In this document: piece by piece, positions 38,701 through 45,344 of the stretch | Position numbering within the stretch: the stretch's first letter is position 1 | How the letters are laid out: each line of letters opens with the position of its first letter | Origin: a virus | Taxonomy: Duplodnaviria; Caudoviricetes | Direction: 5' to 3' (one strand) | DNA length: 63,128 nt | IMG/VR virus record: IMGVR_UViG_3300025266_000001 | Location: 1-63,128 of that record | Made by a program: the position numbers and the translations under genes | The notes under the pieces: model-generated | The model's database searches: none | What the model was told of the DNA's origin: nothing | What the model saw: only the letters and a program-made list of their open reading frames with translations

Positions 38701-38877
38701 TTACACTTGATTTATACGTACAACGTTGTAATCACATTTAACAACATCGGGCTTTTCTTGTTTTTTTATATAATCATTCGCTTTTTTTTCAGATGTAAAT
38801 CGTTTAGTATATCTTTCTATTATCGTTTCATAGTGTACTACCCAAACACCCCTTCTTAATTTTTGTTTTGTAAACAT
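38701..38877 (-). CDS. 58-aa cassette gene crossing the 38725 core
   Basis: Hand-translated MFTKQKLRRGVWVV...KCDYNVVRINQV*. Confidence 0.5.
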   Translation of the reverse strand: MFTKQKLRRGVWVVHYETIIERYTKRFTSEKKANDYIKKQEKPDVVKCDYNVVRINQV

Positions 38878-38940
38878 TTTTATAAAATTTTAGTTAATAT
38901 TTCCGTACTACTTACAACAACATATATAAACAATTAAAAA

Positions 38941-39090
38941 TCACTTCTTGCCATTTATTAACCATAGTTCTACTAAAACCATAGCAGCAATTAAGCAAAT
39001 TGTATTTTCAAATCCTTGAAAGTGTTTAAGTGCTACCAGAATTAAAGTGATTACTACTGCTACTATTGCGTCTGTTATTCTTTTGTTCAT
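38941..39090 (-). CDS. 49-aa two-helix membrane peptide inside an att loop
   Basis: Hand-translated MNKRITDAIVAVVITLILVALKHFQGFENTICLIAAMVLVELWLINGKK. Confidence 0.55.
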   Translation of the reverse strand: MNKRITDAIVAVVITLILVALKHFQGFENTICLIAAMVLVELWLINGKK

Positions 39091-39136
39091 TTTATCTAAT
39101 TTTTAAAAGTTCATATATGAGTACGTTATGCCACAA

Positions 39137-39415
39137 TTAAAGGTTTTTAGCCTTCCATTCTAATTGCTCTATTACACCATTACAATCTAAATCATACTGT
39201 TCAGCTATGTGCTTACCTAAAACCTTTAACAGTTCACTTTGTTGGCTAACACCAGATAAAATTAATTGCTCTTTTAGTTCTTTATTTTCAGATTTTAAGC
39301 TAGAATTATTATCCATTAATTTAATATTGTCTTTAGCTAAATATTCTGCTCTTTTTTTATAATCTATCTCTTTTTTCATTGTATTTTTATTTAATTCTGT
39401 TAATAATTTACGCAA
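39137..39415 (-). CDS. Cassette gene, coiled-coil
   Basis: Likely start MKKEIDY; EQLILSGVSQQSEL. Confidence 0.7.
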   Translation of the reverse strand: MRKLLTELNKNTMKKEIDYKKRAEYLAKDNIKLMDNNSSLKSENKELKEQLILSGVSQQSELLKVLGKHIAEQYDLDCNGVIEQLEWKAKNL

Positions 39416-39610
39416 CTAACCCTAACCGCATACGCTACCTACGACACTACTCTTCGTCTTTCAATTCCTTTTCCACTTCCTTTAGCCAATTATTTATAAC
39501 CTTGTCACACCATAAGTCTATTAATAAAGTTGATCCTACTACAACCCTAACCAATGTAAAAGGAAGGTGTAGTAATGTAGTGGTGTACAGTGTTGTTTTT
39601 TTAATTATTA

Positions 39611-39666
39611 GTAGATAGTGAGGAATCGAACCTCATACTCGTCAGTAGTGCACACACACCTATCTT
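39611..39666 (-). ncRNA. tRNA-like mini-element (acceptor stem + T-arm)
   Basis: Minus strand AGATAG...TGAGG-TTCGATT-CCTCA-CTATCT; too short for a full cloverleaf. Confidence 0.6.
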
Positions 39667-39674
39667 TTGATACA

Positions 39675-40247
39675 TTATCCTTTTACTACGTTAACTGAAT
39701 AACCTAACTTCTCCTCAATCTGAGCAACTGTTAGGTCTGTTTTTTGTTCGATGATGGTAGCCCATTTGCCTTTTTTGAACACGTCATATCCAAAAGACCC
39801 CGAACCCCACCACAAAACATTATTGCTTTTTAATGTTTTAAACCCGCCCTTATCTAACGTGCGATTACGTGACGACCCCATACCTTTAATAGTAACCCCC
39901 TCTTTAAACCCTCTCTTCTTAGCTTCGTTTATTAAAGCAGTTTCGACTTCTTCGTCGGTGGCAGGGGTAAGCGTGTTTGACGGTGGCGCAGAAAAATCAC
40001 GAGTGTCTTCACTAAATATGCTATGTCCAACAACACTCCATCTTCTAAAATCGCCTTGGTATCCTACAAACGGAAATACAGAGCCTTTTGACAAATCACA
40101 ATAATGCTCGGTAAGCTTATACCACTTACCAACCACCAATTCAGTTTCCTTGAATAGTTTTGGGAACTCCTTTTCTATCTTGGTTTTCCAATCTGTACAC
40201 GCTTCGTTGTGAGCTTGTAAAATAAATTCTTTTCTTGATTCTTTCAT
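39675..40247 (-). CDS. Hypothetical protein
   Basis: 190 aa; PATDEEVETALINEAKKRGF and LTVAQIEEKLGY. Confidence 0.8.
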   Translation of the reverse strand: MKESRKEFILQAHNEACTDWKTKIEKEFPKLFKETELVVGKWYKLTEHYCDLSKGSVFPFVGYQGDFRRWSVVGHSIFSEDTRDFSAPPSNTLTPATDEEVETALINEAKKRGFKEGVTIKGMGSSRNRTLDKGGFKTLKSNNVLWWGSGSFGYDVFKKGKWATIIEQKTDLTVAQIEEKLGYSVNVVKG

Positions 40248-40304
40248 AATGTTATTTTATATTTATGTAAAGTTATAAAAATTATCCTTAATTTACTAAT
40301 AAGG

Positions 40305-40350
40305 TTGTGAATAGGGAGGAATCGAACCTCCCAAAGCACCGTGCTATTCT
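40305..40350 (-). ncRNA. tRNA-like mini-element (acceptor stem + T-arm)
   Basis: Minus strand GAATAG-CACGGTGCTTT-GGGAGG-TTCGATT-CCTCC-CTATTC-ACAA. Confidence 0.6.
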
Positions 40351-40460
40351 TTAATCCTCAGACTCCGTAAAGTCTGCGTGTTCTCTACACTCACTACAAA
40401 TGTCTGTTTCATACCAGCGGTCTACACCACAACAATCTGAATATTCCATACGTTTCTTTT

Positions 40461-40832
40461 TTAGCCGAAAATAACTTCGCCAAAGGCAACAGTCTGCAAT
40501 ACACAGTCCGCATCCATAGCGTCATCATTCTCGTTGATTAAATTTAATAAACTCTCTGAGTCAGTTTTACTGACCTTCGTATATACATCTTTTAAATACA
40601 CGGGAAAGGTTTCCCCGCTCTCTATATCGTAAAAAATAATAGGATTTCCGTCCTCTAAAATCTGCTGAAGGACATCCTCGTGGCTCGGATTTTTTATCTT
40701 TTTACTCGCTAATTCGTAGTGATTAGAACTGTAAGTTAATTCTATTCCGTACCCCTCTATCCATCCCAATCCGTTGCACATTGAGGTATGAAAGATTTCC
40801 ATACTCTCCTCTTTTGATAATTTAATTTCCAT
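40461..40832 (-). CDS. Hypothetical early protein
   Basis: Ends DAMDADCVLQTVAFGEVIFG, a C-terminus seen in phage hypothetical proteins. Confidence 0.75.
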   Translation of the reverse strand: MEIKLSKEESMEIFHTSMCNGLGWIEGYGIELTYSSNHYELASKKIKNPSHEDVLQQILEDGNPIIFYDIESGETFPVYLKDVYTKVSKTDSESLLNLINENDDAMDADCVLQTVAFGEVIFG

Positions 40833-40837
40833 AATTT

Positions 40838-41134
40838 CTAATTGTGTTTGTTTTCTCGTGCGTGTTCAAATAATTGCTCGTCGATTGAGTCTTCTAAAAA
40901 AGCCGTGAAGAACGTGGTAATATCCATTCCATTTAAAGTAACCCTAGTTACCTGTAGCTCTTCTTCAGGAGGAGTCTCATAATCTCCATCCCACCAATAA
41001 TAGTCATACTCGACTGCTAGTTCGTAGCTTAATGCTTCTTCGATCGTAAATGTTCCTTTTGTTTTCATATTAATATGATGAGGTTGGTCTACTCTGATTT
41101 TTTTCAAATGTAGCACTCTCGTACTCGTCTTCAT
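40838..41134 (-). CDS. Hypothetical acidic protein
   Basis: Likely start MKTKGTF; GDYETPP. Confidence 0.7.
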   Translation of the reverse strand: MKTSTRVLHLKKIRVDQPHHINMKTKGTFTIEEALSYELAVEYDYYWWDGDYETPPEEELQVTRVTLNGMDITTFFTAFLEDSIDEQLFEHARENKHN

Positions 41135-41408
41135 CGTGGTTAGTCAGTTCGTGAAAGTATCTCATTAGCTTTTCTCCAATGGCATCTAACTCCTTGAACC
41201 TATCACTAAACTCAAGTTGTAAGCGCACGTTAGAAACGCTTGCTCTTATGGTATCATTTACCTGAATTGCCCCCAACATACCGCCACCTAAGTAGTTCTG
41301 ATATGCGGACATCTTATGCCCCTTAAAACCTAATGGTGTTAAGTTAATTTCTACTCCTCCACCTCGTGAAGACACCTCTTGTCGTAATGTGATTTTTTTA
41401 AAGTTCAT
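41070..41408 (-). CDS. Hypothetical early protein
   Basis: MSAYQNYLGGGMLG motif. Confidence 0.75.
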   Translation of the reverse strand: MNFKKITLRQEVSSRGGGVEINLTPLGFKGHKMSAYQNYLGGGMLGAIQVNDTIRASVSNVRLQLEFSDRFKELDAIGEKLMRYFHELTNHDEDEYESATFEKNQSRPTSSY

Positions 41409-41422
41409 TCGATTGTATTTTA

Positions 41423-41471
41423 AGTTAAGACGCTTCTCAGCGTTTCGCCCTTACAGGTTCATCAGTTAACT
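41423..41471 (-). ncRNA. Hammerhead ribozyme (type I), A-C variant at the base of stem II
   Basis: AGTTAA-CTGATGA-ACCT-GTAA-GGGC-GAAA-CGCT-GAGA-AGCG-TC-TTAACT. Confidence 0.8.
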
Positions 41472-41769
41472 ACACCTCAATTTCAGATATTACCCCATCA
41501 ATCTCTTGATATTGCATATCCTCCTCCCAGTCAGTCCAGTAATAAATTTCTTCGTTGTATGCCCAATCCATAAGTTCATCATCGGTTAATGATATCGACT
41601 GCACCTCATTGCCATCCTCGTCGGAAGGTGTCCATTCCTCGGCTCTTATCAGCTTAATCAAGTCCTTTTCGTACTTCACATATATGGTTTCCTGAAGTAA
41701 GAAGCCTTCGTCCATTCCTTCGCTTGTCACAGAACACTGTCGTGCCCATAATTTTCTTTCCTTAGTCAT
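41470..41769 (-). CDS. Hypothetical acidic protein
   Basis: ARQCSVTSEGMDEGF...YYWTDWE. Confidence 0.75.
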   Translation of the reverse strand: MTKERKLWARQCSVTSEGMDEGFLLQETIYVKYEKDLIKLIRAEEWTPSDEDGNEVQSISLTDDELMDWAYNEEIYYWTDWEEDMQYQEIDGVISEIEV

Positions 41770-41847
41770 CTTAGTTTAATTTAAGTTAGCTACCTGCGCC
41801 CCATCGAAGGGCAGTATCGGAATACAACACGCAGGTAAGAAGGGGAA

Positions 41848-42048
41848 TTAGTTACATTCTGTGCTATAGGCATCTTGATAGTCCTTTAACCTAGATGTCG
41901 GATTGTCATACAGTCCGCTCGGAAGCATTATACGTGCGTGAGGTAAGCCCCAGTTTTTTTGAGTCTGTAACTCAATACACATACCTCGTAGTTCATTGTT
42001 GTTCATCTCAGAAGGAATTACTGAGGAATATTTGTTGTAATGTATCAT
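41848..42048 (-). CDS. Hypothetical protein
   Basis: ORF with AACTTAAAA start context. Confidence 0.6.
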   Translation of the reverse strand: MIHYNKYSSVIPSEMNNNELRGMCIELQTQKNWGLPHARIMLPSGLYDNPTSRLKDYQDAYSTECN

Positions 42049-42060
42049 AGTTTTAAGTTG

Positions 42061-42471
42061 TTAAATTTCATAATTATTATCAATCCAAGTCAAAAGGGTT
42101 TTTTTGTTGGTCACCCCTAGCATCATAAATAGCTTGAAAAAGTTTAGCGTTCCACCAATATCATTGGACTGGTTTAATGCGTTCCACTTCTCATTTAAGT
42201 GCCTTCCAGTAAGTAAACTGTCTGCCCATACAAGGTCAATCCAATTGTTCGGAAAGTTGTTAGCAAAATACATAAATGTCGTTATCTCACTATCATCATC
42301 AACAGACTCAGTTACAACCATCCTGTGCTTCTGAGCTTCTAACACTAGCACAGGTAAACAAAGGTTATAAAGTTCTTCGCTATTAAACTTAGCTACCAAC
42401 TCTGCGTGGTTTTTACTTTCAAAATATACTTTTATCATCATTCTAAAATTTAAGTTAGCTTCGGGAAGCAA
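42061..42471 (-). CDS. Hypothetical protein
   Basis: Likely start MMIKVYFES. Confidence 0.7.
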   Translation of the reverse strand: MLPEANLNFRMMIKVYFESKNHAELVAKFNSEELYNLCLPVLVLEAQKHRMVVTESVDDDSEITTFMYFANNFPNNWIDLVWADSLLTGRHLNEKWNALNQSNDIGGTLNFFKLFMMLGVTNKKTLLTWIDNNYEI

Positions 42472-42514
42472 TTTCGCTTTGCTCTAAGTACGTCTACGTA
42501 TCCCGTTGTTGTTT

Positions 42515-42814
42515 TTAAGATTGTTGTTGGTTGTGCCACTTAATGAATTGAACTACCATATCATACGAAGGTGTTATTCTTCCCGTAACTAGTTCATCCC
42601 GAATCAATAGAAATTCTTCAAGGTCATAGACTCCTTCAATCTTTTCTATTTTTTGAACTACTTCCATTAGCCAGTCCCACGAAGTATGGTAGTGGGTGTC
42701 CTGTAGGGTTCTTTCGTTGTCATCTGAATATCTTACCATTTTGTGCCCGTTTCCTTCATAGGTTTCAAAACCCATAAACTCTGCTACCAATCTATTACTT
42801 TCTTGCTTCTGCAT
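42515..42814 (-). CDS. Hypothetical phage protein
   Basis: NRLVAEFMG...YHTSWDWLMEVVQKIE pattern. Confidence 0.8.
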   Translation of the reverse strand: MQKQESNRLVAEFMGFETYEGNGHKMVRYSDDNERTLQDTHYHTSWDWLMEVVQKIEKIEGVYDLEEFLLIRDELVTGRITPSYDMVVQFIKWHNQQQS

Positions 42815-42846
42815 ATCGTTTTATTTTAGTGGTTTAAAATTGTGTT

Positions 42847-43086
42847 CTATATCCTCGGCACAAAATGCTCATCCTGTACCATTAGTCCAGTAAAATCGTG
42901 GACAATATCGCTCTGTGAGAAGTATGACGCATCGCTGAACAGTCTGTCTGCCCAGTCCGCATTATTCATCACAAATACACCACATACACCTATAACAGTT
43001 AACCGTTGCAGGTCAGCGTAGTGGTTTAATACATTCGTTGGTATAGCGTCTTTCAATAGTTCTGATAATTCTGTAATTCGTTTCAT
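42847..43086 (-). CDS. Hypothetical protein
   Basis: Ends DIVHDFTGL...EHFVPRI. Confidence 0.7.
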   Translation of the reverse strand: MKRITELSELLKDAIPTNVLNHYADLQRLTVIGVCGVFVMNNADWADRLFSDASYFSQSDIVHDFTGLMVQDEHFVPRI

Positions 43087-43250
43087 AATTTGTTACGTGT
43101 TAAAATGATTAGAATGGTATTAAAAATAATTAGCAATTCAAGCACAACAATACTGTCAATGCCTATGCCATCTACGCCTTCATTTACTGCCCACATAAAA
43201 ATGCAGAGCAAAACTAATAGCGTCATAAATAAAATGTCCTTTGTTTTCAT
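43083..43250 (-). CDS. 55-aa membrane peptide
   Basis: Hand-translated MKTKDILFMTLLVLLCIFMWAV...; ATGA overlap with the next gene. Confidence 0.55.
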   Translation of the reverse strand: MKTKDILFMTLLVLLCIFMWAVNEGVDGIGIDSIVVLELLIIFNTILIILTRNKL

Positions 43251-43516
43251 ACTGAATATTTAAAGTTAGCCATCTGCGTAGTTATCGCTACTATGAAATG
43301 CCCATTGCATCGCAGATTATTTGGTCTCGCTATATGGGGAGTCTTTATACTTTTCCCTAGCAAAATTCGTATATCACTTCAGCGCCCACATCATTAACCC
43401 CATCTACAGATGGCTAAACACTTGATTATCGTGCTAGAAACCAAACAGCTATTAGCTATTGGCTGACAGTATTTTATGCGCTGATATCACTATACTATTA
43501 CAATATGTCAATGAAC

Positions 43517-43566
43517 GATAACGACGCTTCTCAGCGTTTCGCCTCATAAAGGCTCATCAGGTTACC
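43517..43566 (-). ncRNA. Hammerhead ribozyme (type I), canonical core
   Basis: GGTAAC-CTGATGA-GCCT-TTATG-AGGC-GAAA-CGCT-GAGA-AGCG-TC-GTTATC. Confidence 0.9.
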
Positions 43567-43802
43567 TAATATAAGTCAGACTTCTTAATAGCACTGACCT
43601 CCGCTTTAGGTAACTCGTCACAGTACGTTAAAAACATATCGAAAGACCTTCCACAGTTTCTGTCCGCAACCCGCCACGATGCAGATAGTTCTTCATCAGC
43701 ATTCTCAATATCATCTCGTAGATTGTTGTAAGTGTTATACTTTACCAACCACGATATCGCCTTGTTCACCGTGGATTGATGTTTTGGGTTGATTGCTTTC
43801 AT
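43566..43802 (-). CDS. Hypothetical early protein
   Basis: Shares the start context AATCTATAT..TTATG with the upstream gene. Confidence 0.7.
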   Translation of the reverse strand: MKAINPKHQSTVNKAISWLVKYNTYNNLRDDIENADEELSASWRVADRNCGRSFDMFLTYCDELPKAEVSAIKKSDLY

Positions 43803-43814
43803 AATGATATAGAT

Positions 43815-44048
43815 TTAGTATTGGTTTTGAATAAATGTTGAACATATAGCACTTACGTAGCCATCTCCATCTAGAGAAATCCAGCCACTGCTAGTCATCT
43901 CTTTACAGAATTTTGAGTAGGTCATATTTAAAGTGTTTTCTGCCCCGCCTTCACAATAATCTTTAGCACATTCATATGCTAATTTCTTGTTGGTGAATAC
44001 TCCTAGTATCCCATCTTGATTTCCTTGTACTACTATTAGTTTTTTCAT
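43815..44048 (-). CDS. Hypothetical early protein (first gene of the minus arm)
   Basis: DGILGVFTNKKLAY. Confidence 0.7.
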   Translation of the reverse strand: MKKLIVVQGNQDGILGVFTNKKLAYECAKDYCEGGAENTLNMTYSKFCKEMTSSGWISLDGDGYVSAICSTFIQNQY

Positions 44049-44128
44049 AATTATATAGATTTATATTGGTTGGCTTCATTTACCGCTGACGCATTAGGCG
44101 TAGCGCTTGTAGTTGTTAACGCAGTTTT

Positions 44129-44280
44129 AATTAGTCGAGTATTAGTCATTTATTCGTTATTTATGATGCAATGTGCTGAACATCAGCTACTTACGTCGGT
44201 TTTCTAAGAGGGAGTATCTCTCCCATAGAACAAATCTCGACTAATTCTAGACTATAACCTAATTAATTCTCGACTAATTC
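44129..44280. repeat. CTCGACTAATT motif cluster
   Basis: Copies at 44236 and 44269 (+), 44129 (-), degenerate at 44247. Confidence 0.7.
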
Positions 44281-44428
44281 TGTTTATGTGGGAATTAACT
44301 CACATTTATCCGCACCATATTTCTAGGACAGAGTTTAAGCAAGGTCTGAAGGGGTTTAGTTTCTCAGTGTTTGCGGGGGTTGTGGGCGCATTGCTAGTCG
44401 GATATTGTGCGGACAAGCGCGGAAGCGG

Positions 44429-44485
44429 GCGCAGGCGGTGGCGGTGGGGATACTGGTTGCGGGTGCGCAGGCGGTGGCGGTGGGG
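44429..44485. repeat. 21-nt G-rich direct repeat in the GC-rich strand-switch region
   Basis: GCGCAGGCGGTGGCGGTGGGG at 44429 and 44465. Confidence 0.85.
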
Positions 44486-44641
44486 TGTATCAAAACGCCA
44501 AAAAAACGGAGCGGAAAGTTTCAAATCAACAAGGGGCTATCACAAAAAAAATCGTTTTCCTACAAGGGATCCTCCTCGTAGATCTATATATTACCCAAAC
44601 CCTCTGGATATCTAATAAATTTTTTTTCGTATCTTTGTGGG

Positions 44642-44800
44642 ATGGATGATTGGTCTCTTGAGTTACAGAACAGGTTGGGTATAGGGTTAGCGTTTGGTTG
44701 GTCTTGGTACGAGCAGGATTCGGAGTTTGATTATTCGGAGTTCATTTTATTTTTAGGGGTAGTAAGTTTAAATTTTAAATACGAAAGATATGAAGTATAA
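44642..44800 (+). CDS. 52-aa hypothetical protein
   Basis: Hand-translated MDDWSLELQNRLGIGLAFGWSWYE...; follows TATCTTTG at 44630. Confidence 0.55.
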   Translation: MDDWSLELQNRLGIGLAFGWSWYEQDSEFDYSEFILFLGVVSLNFKYERYEV

Positions 44801-44978
44801 GAGTATGGGTGGGTTGACTGTCAAGGACGGGAGATTGGTTAACGATAGATCTGCGGGTTTATCTGGCATTTCTGAAGCCAACAATTTAAGGAATATGAAG
44901 AGTCATTCTGACAAGGTTGGTATGATTTCTGATGGAATATTATTGGCTGAAGCCAAGAAGAAAATGATGGGAATGTAG
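44790..44978 (+). CDS. Hypothetical protein
   Basis: GLTVKDGRLVN; followed by a terminator. Confidence 0.7.
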   Translation: MKYKSMGGLTVKDGRLVNDRSAGLSGISEANNLRNMKSHSDKVGMISDGILLAEAKKKMMGM

Positions 44979-45002
44979 TTTTATTTTGATTGATTGATTG
45001 TG

Positions 45003-45030
45003 AGAGGGGATTAGGGTCCCCTCTTTTTTT
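45003..45030 (+). terminator. Intrinsic terminator
   Basis: AGAGGGGA...TCCCCTCT plus T-run. Confidence 0.85.
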
Positions 45031-45055
45031 GTTTTATACTTTTTTCTCCGTCTAA

Positions 45056-45088
45056 TTCTCGACTAGTTCTCGACTAGTTCTCGACTAA
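45056..45088. repeat. 11-nt tandem repeat x3 (TTCTCGACTAR)
   Basis: TTCTCGACTAG TTCTCGACTAG TTCTCGACTAA. Confidence 0.9.
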
Positions 45089-45117
45089 TAGTCTCTTTAA
45101 GGTGTTGGTTTTAACAC

Positions 45118-45204
45118 TGTTGTGTTGGTGTTATGTTGATATTATGTTAATATTTTTGATCTAACTATCTGATCTTCAGTACGACTACTCTTTATGTTGA
45201 TTTT
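45118..45204. repeat. About 90-nt dispersed repeat with TGTTGA iterons, copy 2
   Basis: Aligns with 29155-29243; followed by a (TA)n tract. Confidence 0.75.
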
Positions 45205-45344
45205 AAAACGATTTTGAAATAATAAATAAATATATATATATACAATATCTCCACCCCCCCCCTAGAGAGAAAAAAAAACAACATTTTTTTTATATGAATT
45301 AATTGTCTACCTTTGTCTTTATTATAAATAAAAAATCAAATCAA

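Larger units (their letters stand above)
32582..39440. mobile_element. Integron-like gene cassette array (about 20 units, attC-like hairpins, no integrase)
   Basis: GTT cores at 32582, 32931, 33285, 33636, 33989, 34275, 34573, 34990, 35294, 35681, 36329, 36538, 36784, 37100, 37396, 37628, 38142, 38427, 38725, 39125; most are matched by a self-complementary ...AAC at the other end of the same body. Confidence 0.88.

Noticed and set aside
32582-39440. CRISPR array
   Set aside because: Repeats are degenerate inverted arms, spacing is 100-400 nt and irregular, intervening DNA is coding, and no cas genes are present.
32582-39440. Diversity-generating retroelement or invertase shufflon
   Set aside because: No reverse transcriptase or invertase was recognised, there is no adenine-specific TR/VR pair, and all bodies have the same coding orientation.
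39611-40350. Functional tRNA genes
   Set aside because: Too short, with no D-arm or anticodon arm; kept only as tRNA-like elements.
41783-41838. HDV-like/theta ribozyme suggested by GCTAA
   Set aside because: No P1/P2/P3 nested pseudoknot was found upstream.
44060-44130. Twister ribozyme
   Set aside because: AAATGAAGCC and TACAAGC fragments resemble twister motifs, but the required P2 partner and pseudoknots could not be built.
44286-44649. ORFs 44286-44615, 44306-44524, 44407-44649
   Set aside because: Low-complexity translations of the GC-rich repeat with atypical composition.
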